Positions 1-7,988 of a stretch of DNA of 36,536 bases are shown in pieces. The notes beneath the pieces were generated by a model. The model saw only the letters and a program-made list of their open reading frames with translations, did no database searches and had not been told where the DNA came from. Both the position numbers and the translations under genes were made by a program. This stretch comes from Nanohaloarchaea archaeon B1-Br10_U2g21 (GTDB lineage Archaea; Nanohalarchaeota; Nanosalinia; Nanosalinales; Nanosalinaceae), in assembly GCA_001563915.1 (NCBI GenBank), contig LKMP01000008.1, forward strand, positions 1-36,536. The letters run 5' to 3'. The first letter of the stretch is position 1; each line of letters starts with the position of its first letter.

Positions 1-176
1 GCCAAATCTTCTATATCGAGGCCGATTATGAATGGATTTTCAGGGTTTTCGGGTATGGTGTCCCAGTAAAGCTCTATTTCAGGGTTTTCTATGACTGTTT
101 CTGCGTTGAGGCCTTGTTCAAGTGTTTCTACGTCTGTTTCTTCTCCTGTTTCTAGGAGTATTTTTATGTCTTCCAT
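1..176 (-). CDS. Hypothetical acidic protein, N-terminal part (runs off the window edge)
   Basis: Hand translation from ATG at 176: MEDIKILLETGEETDVETLEQGLNAETVIENPEIELYWDTIPENPENPFIIGLDIEDL..., open to position 1, with host-like acidic composition. Not in the ORF track because it is truncated. Confidence 0.7.
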   Translation of the reverse strand, partial: MEDIKILLETGEETDVETLEQGLNAETVIENPEIELYWDTIPENPENPFIIGLDIEDL

Positions 177-340
177 TGTGGCGCGATGTCTCTAAGTTTG
201 GATGAGGGATGCAATAATAAAAACGGATTGTTATTAAGCAGGAGTAACATCTAATAGTGGTTGTTCTCCAAATTACTTCTACAAAGTTTCCACTGATTTA
301 AGTGTTTGCTCGTCAGTAGTAATAGAGAGGGTTTTTTCTT

Positions 341-820
341 ATGGAAAGAGAAGAAATGATGAAGTTTGAGGACGTAATTTCTGATAGAAAGAAAATTTAC
401 AGTAACTTAGAGAACTCTTACGTATTCTCTAAACAAGCCCTAGAACAAGCACCAATAACGGAAGTAGCAGATTTATGGGAAAACGCAGAAGAAAAGACAG
501 AATTTTATATCCGCCTCCTCTCAACAGAAAAAATTTCTGGAGACGTGAAAAGATACTCGGACCTAGCCGATCTCGGTTTTTTCGTGCTAGATTCATTTTA
601 TAGAAATGCTGAAAACTATCTTGAAGCCGAAGAGAGTTTCGATATATTTGCTGATAGAAAAGGAAAAGAATATGATTCTCTATCTGAAGAAATGGAGGAT
701 AGAAGAGGAGAAGACTACGACTTCACTGAATCTACAGAAGAACTTCTTGATTCTATAGAAGAACTTGACGAAGCCTACTGGAAGAACTGGGGTATTGAGA
801 TTTTGGGGGGATGGAATTGA
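341..820 (+). CDS. Hypothetical acidic protein
   Basis: 159-aa ORF, very D/E-rich like the rest of the proteome; overlaps the next ORF by 10 nt; no recognisable motif. Confidence 0.75.
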   Translation: MEREEMMKFEDVISDRKKIYSNLENSYVFSKQALEQAPITEVADLWENAEEKTEFYIRLLSTEKISGDVKRYSDLADLGFFVLDSFYRNAENYLEAEESFDIFADRKGKEYDSLSEEMEDRRGEDYDFTESTEELLDSIEELDEAYWKNWGIEILGGWN

Positions 821-1803
821 CATGGGTAGATGTTGTAAGCAGAGCTAATGAAGAACTAGACGAGATAGGACTGGATTCGTTTTCAGGAGAGGTTATAGAG
901 GCAGATAGGGGTAGAATGGATAGGCCTTTCCTTGTTAAGGATAATTCAGTCTTGGTAAGAGACATGGAGCAAGACTTTGGAATTGCTCTAAGAGATTTAG
1001 CAGCTCACGAAATGACGGCAGACATAATGTCAGACAGAGCAGGATTACCTAGTCCAGATACTCGTACCTCTGCAGACGCTACAGAATTTGTAGAGCTATA
1101 TGGGAAGCTTGATGAGGGAGAATCTTCAGCTTATGCGCCGGGAGATGAATCGCGTAAAAAAGAGAATGTTTGTCTTCTAATGAGGGAAAAAGGAGAAGAG
1201 ATGCGGAGAATACAGGCTATCGCCGATGACGCGTTCAATCAACTTGATTTTGAGTCAAGTAAGATTCTAAGAGAGTATGTTGATGATGATTTTACGGAAG
1301 ATTATTTTGACACTGTACCTGACTTCTGGGGATACTTTGTAGCCGATTTCACAGGAGCCCAGACTAGAAGAAGACATTATGAAGAACATTTAGATGATAT
1401 TGGTAGGTTAATCGAATATGAGGGTACTAATGAGAAGGGTAGAAAAAACTTTTTGGAGCTAAAAGGGAAGATGCCTGAGCTTAGAGAGATTGACATGACT
1501 CGTTTCTATGCTTATGAACTTGCTAAAAAATCTATAGAGATTGAATTCGCTAATATGGTGGATGCAGCAGATTCCGAACTCTTAGCTGCATCAATTTTTT
1601 ACAGAGATGCAGGTCATGCAGGTTTAAATCCTATTTACAATCCTGATGAATACTGTGAAGAAGTTGAAAGTATCGAATACGTTAATGAAGAAGTCTATAA
1701 GCATATTGAGCAAATGGTGTCTGATGCAGTAAGAAATAAACTAGGGGATTCGCGGGACTTAGAAGAGGCCTATAAGGAAACAGTTAGAACACATCTAAAT
1801 TAG
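811..1803 (+). CDS. Hypothetical acidic, probably helical protein
   Basis: 330-aa ORF with host-like composition; only a partial HExx-like segment (LAAHEMTA) lacking the second His. Confidence 0.8.
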   Translation: MELTWVDVVSRANEELDEIGLDSFSGEVIEADRGRMDRPFLVKDNSVLVRDMEQDFGIALRDLAAHEMTADIMSDRAGLPSPDTRTSADATEFVELYGKLDEGESSAYAPGDESRKKENVCLLMREKGEEMRRIQAIADDAFNQLDFESSKILREYVDDDFTEDYFDTVPDFWGYFVADFTGAQTRRRHYEEHLDDIGRLIEYEGTNEKGRKNFLELKGKMPELREIDMTRFYAYELAKKSIEIEFANMVDAADSELLAASIFYRDAGHAGLNPIYNPDEYCEEVESIEYVNEEVYKHIEQMVSDAVRNKLGDSRDLEEAYKETVRTHLN

Positions 1804-1831
1804 ATATTTTTAGAAAGTTGAGGTTGTGGGT

Positions 1832-1963
1832 GCGGGGAGAAAATCCTTTTTTAGGCGACTTTCGTGGTTGGATGTGGAGGTTGTGTGAAAGCCGTCCTCT
1901 TACCTCCAAGTTTTTATAGGGCACATCGGCCCGGAGGTCTTCAGATTCTTAGCTTCTCCCCGC
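1832..1963 (-). ncRNA. Candidate structured non-coding RNA (three-way junction), family unknown
   Basis: GC-rich intergenic island closed by a perfect 10-bp inverted repeat (gcggggagaa 1832-1841 / ttctccccgc 1954-1963) with two internal stems. A G-U wobble and an upstream TTTAAAAA box (2004-2011) favour the minus strand. Confidence 0.5.
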
Positions 1964-2074
1964 GGTGGTGCGGTGTGGTGTATTGTATACTTAGTTAAAT
2001 TGTTTTTTAAATTGTATGCAAGTCTTTATCTATAATTCAACAGTTTAATATTCAGGCCAGTTTAATTTTTCTGT

Positions 2075-5000
2075 GTGAACTGGAAGAAGGTTGTCTGTGG
2101 AGTTCTGCTCGTTTTAATGCTTTCTGGAAGTGTGTTCGCAGAATGGAGTGATGGAGATAAATCACAAAATATTTTCGAAGGCGTAGAAACCCAAGACTCC
2201 GAAAAAGTATACATAGATCCAATTTTAGAATCTGAATTCCACACTGGTATTTCTATTCAGACCAGAGAGACAGTGAAAGTTATCGTGAACTTTGGATCTT
2301 ACGAAGAGGCTGAAGATAGAGAAGATATGCAGGCAGAAGCCTCGAAATCTCAAGAACCTATTATGAATTTAGCAGATAATAATCCGGAAATAGAGGTCAA
2401 GAATCAGTTCTGGATCGCGAATGCGGTGCTTCTTGAAATAGAAAATGATTTTCCACTAGAAAAAATTGCTCAAGTAGGGGGAGTAGAAGAAATACAGGAG
2501 AATGCTGAGGTTTCAACTCTTGAAACTAATGAATTAGGTTCGCAAAGCTCTTCAGCGTCTAAAACGTATGGTCTTAACCAAATAAATACTAGTGAAGTCT
2601 GGGAAGAGTTTGATACAAAAGGAGAGGGTGTAAAAGTAGCAGTTTTAGATACAGGTATAGATTCTGGCCATCAAGATCTCGAACTTTATACAGAGGAAGA
2701 CTCTGATCCTACATACCCGGGAGGATGGGCAGAGTTTGATAATGGAGAGGTAGATGACTCTGAACCCTACGACTGTGGAACGCACGGAACTCACGTCAGC
2801 GGCACAGTAGCAGGGGGGAATGAGTCAGGAGAGAGTATAGGTGTAGCTCCTAATACTAAATTGCTTCATGCAGGTGTCTTAATGCAAGAGGAAGATGGAG
2901 AGTGTACAGGAGACCATTCAGATATTTTGGATGGCATGGAATGGGCGGTTGAAAACAATGCGGATATTATCAGTATGAGCCTTGGGGTCGAAGGTTACTG
3001 GGGGTCTGCTATAGATGCCGTTCGTGGAGCTGAAGAGGAAGGAGTATTAGTCATTGCTGCATCAGGTAATAATGGAGAAGGAACTAGCTTTGCTCCTGCT
3101 AATGTATATGAGTCATTTGCAATAGGCGCAGCAGACAGCGAAGATGATATAGCAAGTTTTTCGAGCGGAGAAAAAGTTGAAGATTCAAACTGGCAAGGCA
3201 CTCCTCCTGAAGATTGGCCGGACCAATATATTGTGCCGGATGTAGTAGCGCCTGGTGTTGGAGTGAAAAGTTCAGTGCCAAACGATAATTATGATTATTT
3301 TGAAGGAACTAGTATGGCTGCACCTCATGTATCAGGAGCTGCAGCGCTAATACAGTCTGCAACTTCTACTTATTTGGATCCTGATGAGTTAAAAGAGTCT
3401 TTTATTGAAACAGCGAGGAAACCTAGCGACTGGAATGAAGAGGATGCTGAAGATGAAATAGACGGCCAAGACACTCGCTACGGAGAAGGTGTAATTGATG
3501 CTCACAGCGCAGTAGAGTATGCTTTCGAAAACTTTGAAAAGCCGCGGTTCGAGATAAGTGAGTTAGAAATAAATCCTGAAGAAATCATTGAAGGAGACTC
3601 TGTTAATGTTACAGGCATTGTTAATAATACAGGAAGCGAAGATAAAGCAGATTTACGTCTTGAAGTTAATCAGGCTGAAGTAGCACAAAAAGACGTAAAA
3701 ACAGTTTTTGAAGACGCTGAAGAGTTTTATTTTGAGGAACAGTTTGATGAACCAGGTTCCTATAATATTTCGGTAAACGGTACGAAATCTGGAAACCTCA
3801 ACGTTTTGAAAGCACCAGAACTTGAAATAAATGAATTCAATTTATCAGAATCAGAAATACTTGAAAATGAGTCTACTCAGGCCACTTTAAACGCAGAAAA
3901 TATTGGCGAGGCGGAAGGAGTATTTAATGTAAATCTTTCTGTAGGAGGGACGGTAGTACAGAACAGCTCTTTGGTACTAGAAGAAGGGGAAAAAGATACA
4001 GTAGAATTTGAAGAAGGGTTCGACAAATGGGGGAGTTATAATATTTCGTCAAATCAGAAATATGAAACACTTCAAGTCTTAAAACCCGGCTCTATAGAAT
4101 TTTTGAACAGTTCTGTAGGGCAAAGAGAGATTGGAAAAGGAGATCAAGCCGAATTTTTCATAGAAGCAAAAAATCCGGGAAATGTTAGCGTAGAAGACAA
4201 TTTTCACTTCAAAATAAACGATAGCTTAGAGGATCAAAAAAATGTTGAAATAGAAAACAATTCTCGTGAAGAATTCAGATTTTCTAGTAAAGAGTTAGAA
4301 GAAAAAGGCAGATATGACTTATCTGTTAATGGTTCTAAATCTCAAGTAATTGACGTTTTGAAACCTGGAGAACTGCAGAATAACGAAATCTTTTTGTCTT
4401 CAGAAGAAGTTGTAGCAGGAGAGAAGGCAAACATAACTAGCACAGTAGAAAATATTGGCGAAGTAACAGATGAGTTCGATGTAGATCTTTTGTTAGATAG
4501 GAACGGAGAAAATCTTGCAAATGAGTCAAAAAAAGTAGAAGTGGATGCAGGTGAAGAAAAAAATGTTACTTTTGAAAAAGCTATTGAAGAACCCGGAAAA
4601 TATACTGCAGAATCTTTGAAGAAGTCAAAAAACTTCACAGTACTAAAAGACGCTGATCTTGGGGTAAAGCAGGCCTCAACAAATGCAAGCAAAATATTTA
4701 CAGGCCAATACCTAGAATTAGAGGCCTTAGTAGGTAATGAAGGGGAGGTAGCAGGAAAAGACGTTTTTAACTTTACTGTGGGCAATGATTCAGTTCTGAA
4801 TAAGTCTGAAGAATTGGATCCTGGAGAAAACATGACGGTATCTCAGAAGTTACAGTTAGAAGACAAAGGTAACTTCACGGCAGCAATAAATGATACTAGT
4901 GCCGGTGAAATCGAGGTTAGTAGGCCTTTTGTTAACATTACTTCTGCTGAGGCAGATTTTTCAGATTCTGGTCTGATAGAAATTGATGCATCTTTGAATA

Positions 5001-6520
5001 ATACTGATCCTGCTTCTACTACGACGATTCTTGAGCCAATGTTTTATGATGTGGAGCAGCCAGAATATGAGTGGACTGCTGAGGAAAGTTTTAATTTGAA
5101 TCCTGAAGAAGAGAAAGATGTTTCTATAGAGTATTATTGGAACATAACAGGAGAATATGAACACTTTTTGAACTCTACAGAACTAGGAAGCTTTGAATTA
5201 GAGCCTTTAGCAGAGTTTCGGGAAATTCGGCCTGAAACAGAAACATTTGAAGAAGGGGAAGAAATAGAGTTTTCAGGCTACGTTGATATTGTAGGAAGCT
5301 TAATAGAAGAAGATACACAGGAGGTGATAGTTGAAGTTGAAGGTGAAGAAGTTTACAGCGATGAAGAGTTGTGGGCAGGCAGAAACGAGTTTGAGTTCGC
5401 TGACTCATTCGATGCAGGAGAATATAGCTGGAAAATTATTTCTAATGTTCACAATTCTACTTTTGAGTCTTCAGAACAGTTTTTTGACATTGAAGAAGTA
5501 GAAGAACAAGACTCTGATTCAGAAAACGGAGAAGTGCCTCCAGACATGTTTGATGAAGATCCAGAATTACAAACTAGCGTTGAAGAGGATGGTGCAGAAG
5601 CCTATAATATCTATGCCTCAGAAGATGAAACAGTTAAACTCAATTTCTCAGGAGGCCCAAGTATAGATTTTGTCGAAATCACTGCAGATGAAGAGTTAGA
5701 AAACTCGAACTTCAGCTTATCTTCAGCAACCACGAATACGGACTACTTGTTAGAATCAGTCTACAATCTGCAAACAGATGCAGAAGCTTCTTTTAGACTT
5801 GAGTTTGCAGCATCAAAAGACTGGGTGGAAGAACATGAATTTGAATCAAGCGAGATATCGCTCCACAACTTAGATTCCGGCGAAGACTTAGAGGCCTCAC
5901 CTATTGGGGAATCTGCAGATAAGTACTACTACGAGGCTTTTACCGAAGAATTTTCTACTCTAGGTATTGGAGTCGATAGATCCTGTCATTCTATGGACTC
6001 TATAAACGCATCTGACGGTGAAGAGTGCCAGACTTTTGATAATGTATGTGACGTTCCGGAAGACTGGGAAGAAGTCTCTACATGCGATAAAAGCGAGGAC
6101 AGAGATTCTGAATCAGATGTTCTAGAGCATTTTGAGAGATTAAAGGAGGAAGATCCTGAGAGTGAGGAGCTAGAACAGGCGAACTATAGTATTGAACAAG
6201 GAGATTTTGATCAGGCCGCAAATGTTCTTGAACAAATGGAAGAGGATAGAGATTCGGGAGTGAGTCCATTGTATGTTGTGGGAGCTGTAATTGCGTTAGG
6301 GTTTGCAAGTGTTGCCTTGTTAATGGGTCATCGTTACTATGCTAGAAAAAAACTTGTGTCAGATTTGGAGGAGTTAACAGAAGTAGTCTCAAATCTTTCC
6401 CATACAGAAAAGCATTTAAGAGCGGCGGAGAGAGTTAGAGAGGCTAATGAGGCAGCAATGCAGGGAGAATGGGATAAAGCAAGGAAGAAGACGTTCAAGG
6501 TAAAAAAACTGTTGAAGTAA
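2075..6520 (+). CDS. Large membrane-anchored subtilisin (S8) surface protease with CARDB/Ig-like repeats
   Basis: Signal peptide, propeptide, catalytic triad motifs VAVLDTG / HGTHVSGT / GTSMAAPHV. These are followed by repeated 'V.N.G...' Ig-like modules, a PGF-pre-PGF-like segment (YYYEAFTEEFSTLGIG), a Cys-rich motif, a C-terminal TM helix and a basic tail. GTG start. Confidence 0.93.
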   Translation: MNWKKVVCGVLLVLMLSGSVFAEWSDGDKSQNIFEGVETQDSEKVYIDPILESEFHTGISIQTRETVKVIVNFGSYEEAEDREDMQAEASKSQEPIMNLADNNPEIEVKNQFWIANAVLLEIENDFPLEKIAQVGGVEEIQENAEVSTLETNELGSQSSSASKTYGLNQINTSEVWEEFDTKGEGVKVAVLDTGIDSGHQDLELYTEEDSDPTYPGGWAEFDNGEVDDSEPYDCGTHGTHVSGTVAGGNESGESIGVAPNTKLLHAGVLMQEEDGECTGDHSDILDGMEWAVENNADIISMSLGVEGYWGSAIDAVRGAEEEGVLVIAASGNNGEGTSFAPANVYESFAIGAADSEDDIASFSSGEKVEDSNWQGTPPEDWPDQYIVPDVVAPGVGVKSSVPNDNYDYFEGTSMAAPHVSGAAALIQSATSTYLDPDELKESFIETARKPSDWNEEDAEDEIDGQDTRYGEGVIDAHSAVEYAFENFEKPRFEISELEINPEEIIEGDSVNVTGIVNNTGSEDKADLRLEVNQAEVAQKDVKTVFEDAEEFYFEEQFDEPGSYNISVNGTKSGNLNVLKAPELEINEFNLSESEILENESTQATLNAENIGEAEGVFNVNLSVGGTVVQNSSLVLEEGEKDTVEFEEGFDKWGSYNISSNQKYETLQVLKPGSIEFLNSSVGQREIGKGDQAEFFIEAKNPGNVSVEDNFHFKINDSLEDQKNVEIENNSREEFRFSSKELEEKGRYDLSVNGSKSQVIDVLKPGELQNNEIFLSSEEVVAGEKANITSTVENIGEVTDEFDVDLLLDRNGENLANESKKVEVDAGEEKNVTFEKAIEEPGKYTAESLKKSKNFTVLKDADLGVKQASTNASKIFTGQYLELEALVGNEGEVAGKDVFNFTVGNDSVLNKSEELDPGENMTVSQKLQLEDKGNFTAAINDTSAGEIEVSRPFVNITSAEADFSDSGLIEIDASLNNTDPASTTTILEPMFYDVEQPEYEWTAEESFNLNPEEEKDVSIEYYWNITGEYEHFLNSTELGSFELEPLAEFREIRPETETFEEGEEIEFSGYVDIVGSLIEEDTQEVIVEVEGEEVYSDEELWAGRNEFEFADSFDAGEYSWKIISNVHNSTFESSEQFFDIEEVEEQDSDSENGEVPPDMFDEDPELQTSVEEDGAEAYNIYASEDETVKLNFSGGPSIDFVEITADEELENSNFSLSSATTNTDYLLESVYNLQTDAEASFRLEFAASKDWVEEHEFESSEISLHNLDSGEDLEASPIGESADKYYYEAFTEEFSTLGIGVDRSCHSMDSINASDGEECQTFDNVCDVPEDWEEVSTCDKSEDRDSESDVLEHFERLKEEDPESEELEQANYSIEQGDFDQAANVLEQMEEDRDSGVSPLYVVGAVIALGFASVALLMGHRYYARKKLVSDLEELTEVVSNLSHTEKHLRAAERVREANEAAMQGEWDKARKKTFKVKKLLK

Positions 6521-6563
6521 AAAAAGTTTCTGGTTTAAAAAACTTCCTTTCTATACTGAGTGT

Positions 6564-6591
6564 ACCGGTAGTCACGAAACCGTGGCGAGGT
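6564..6591 (+). promoter_or_regulatory. Structured 5' leader of the r-protein operon (hairpin next to SD-like gaggt), downstream of TATA-like tttaaaa at ~6534-6541
   Basis: gtcacg-aaac-cgtggc hairpin (6571-6586) in a short GC-rich leader amid AT-rich DNA. Confidence 0.35.
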
Positions 6592-6600
6592 CGATAATTT

Positions 6601-6951
6601 ATGGATAAGAAAGCTAACCCTACTAATCCAGTTCTGCTCGAGACAATCGAGCTACTGAAAGAACAAGACGCTGCTCTATGGAGCGACGTCGCAGAAAACC
6701 TTGGAAAAGTTAATAGACAGAGGCCTGAAGTAAACCTCTCAGATATCGAGAGAAATACTGAGGATGGAGACACTGTAGTTGTGCCTGGAAAAGTATTAGG
6801 ATCAGGTAGACTTAGTAAAGAAGTAACTGTTGCAGCATTTCAAGCATCCAACAGTGCAAAGAAACACATTAATGAAAACGGCGAATTTATGTTCATCCAA
6901 GACTTAGTAGAAGAAAATTCTGAAGCTGAAGAGGTGAAGATAGTAAAATGA
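6601..6951 (+). CDS. rpl18e: 50S ribosomal protein eL18 (L18e)
   Basis: TNP..L, W..VA..L, VNLS.I.R, VVVPGKVLGSG motifs; conserved position upstream of L13. Confidence 0.97.
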   Translation: MDKKANPTNPVLLETIELLKEQDAALWSDVAENLGKVNRQRPEVNLSDIERNTEDGDTVVVPGKVLGSGRLSKEVTVAAFQASNSAKKHINENGEFMFIQDLVEENSEAEEVKIVK

Positions 6952-7364
6952 AGGTAATTAATGCTGAAAATAAGATTCTGGGCAGACTGGCATCATACAT
7001 AGCACAGGAAGCTCGAGAAGGAGAAGAAGTAAGAGTTGTAAATTCTGAAAAAGCAGTTATTTCTGGAGACAAGGAAAAGATTTTCGCAGATTACAAACAG
7101 AAATATGAGAGAGGAAGACGAGATACAGGCCCTTACTTCCCGAAAAGAAGCGATAAGATCATGAAGAGAACAGTCAGGAACATGCTTCCATACAAGAAAT
7201 CTTCAGGACGAGAGAGTTTTGACAGAGTAAAGACCTATCTTGGGATCCCTGAAGAGTTTGAAGATCAAGTTGAAGAAGTAGATGTCAAGGAAGGGAATGA
7301 CTTGAGAGACCGGAACTATGTAAAGCTTGGCGAAGTAGCACAGTTTATAGGAGGCGACCAATAA
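6948..7364 (+). CDS. rpl13: 50S ribosomal protein uL13
   Basis: INAENKILGRLAS..A, VVNSEKAVISG, GPYFPKR.D.I.KRTVR.MLPYK. Confidence 0.97.
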   Translation: MKVINAENKILGRLASYIAQEAREGEEVRVVNSEKAVISGDKEKIFADYKQKYERGRRDTGPYFPKRSDKIMKRTVRNMLPYKKSSGRESFDRVKTYLGIPEEFEDQVEEVDVKEGNDLRDRNYVKLGEVAQFIGGDQ

Positions 7365-7366
7365 AA

Positions 7367-7768
7367 ATGGCAGTACACACATCTGGAAAGAGAAAAACAG
7401 CCAAGGCTCGTGCCACGGTAAAAGAAGGCGAAGGCACAATTAGAGTTAACTCTAAGCCTCTCAATATTCTAGAAGACAGTTTCAGGAGGAAAATTGAAGA
7501 GCCGCTAAGAATAGCGGGAGAAGAAGTATATTCTGGACTCCAAATCCACGTAGATACTAGAGGCGGAGGAACGAACGGCCAAGCAGAAGCAGCACGTATG
7601 GCTGTAGCCAGAGGATTAGTAGAGTTTGAAGATGATGAAGAACTCGAAAGAGAGTTTAGAGAATACGATAGAAACATGATGGTTGAAGACCCAAGACGTA
7701 CTGAGACACGAAAACCAAGCCAGTCGAGTAAAGGTGCTCGACACAAACAACAGAAATCTTACAGGTAG
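7367..7768 (+). CDS. rps9: 30S ribosomal protein uS9
   Basis: SGKRKTA.ARA, GGG..GQAEA.R.A.ARGL, YDR..M.EDPRR.E, C-terminal QKSYR. Confidence 0.98.
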   Translation: MAVHTSGKRKTAKARATVKEGEGTIRVNSKPLNILEDSFRRKIEEPLRIAGEEVYSGLQIHVDTRGGGTNGQAEAARMAVARGLVEFEDDEELEREFREYDRNMMVEDPRRTETRKPSQSSKGARHKQQKSYR

Positions 7769-7777
7769 GTATAAAAT

Positions 7778-7975
7778 ATGCAGTTTCCTGTTAGATGCTT
7801 CAGCTGTGGAAAGGTTATTGGAGATAATTGGGATGAGTTCCAAGAGCGTGTTGAAGAAGGAGAAGATAAAGGAGAAGTACTTGATGACTTAGGAGTCAAA
7901 AAGTATTGCTGCCGTACAATCTTCTTGACTCACGTTGAATCAATTGAGGAAATAGGAGAATACGAACTAACCTAA
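7778..7975 (+). CDS. rpoN: Archaeal RNA polymerase subunit N (Rpo10)
   Basis: PVRCFSCGKVI...VLDDLGVKKYCCR zinc motif. Confidence 0.98.
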   Translation: MQFPVRCFSCGKVIGDNWDEFQERVEEGEDKGEVLDDLGVKKYCCRTIFLTHVESIEEIGEYELT

Positions 7976-7988
7976 TTTTTCTTTCTCT

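Noticed and set aside
811-1803. Zinc metalloprotease from the LAAHEMTA motif
   Set aside because: The second His of HExxH is missing; there is not enough support for a functional call.
1832-1963. Hammerhead, 5S rRNA, SRP, RNase P or retron interpretation of the structured element
   Set aside because: CUGAAGA and GAAA occur on the minus strand but in the wrong topology for a hammerhead. There are no 5S loop C/E motifs, no SRP helix 8 and no RNase P CR-I/CR-V, and no reverse transcriptase lies nearby.
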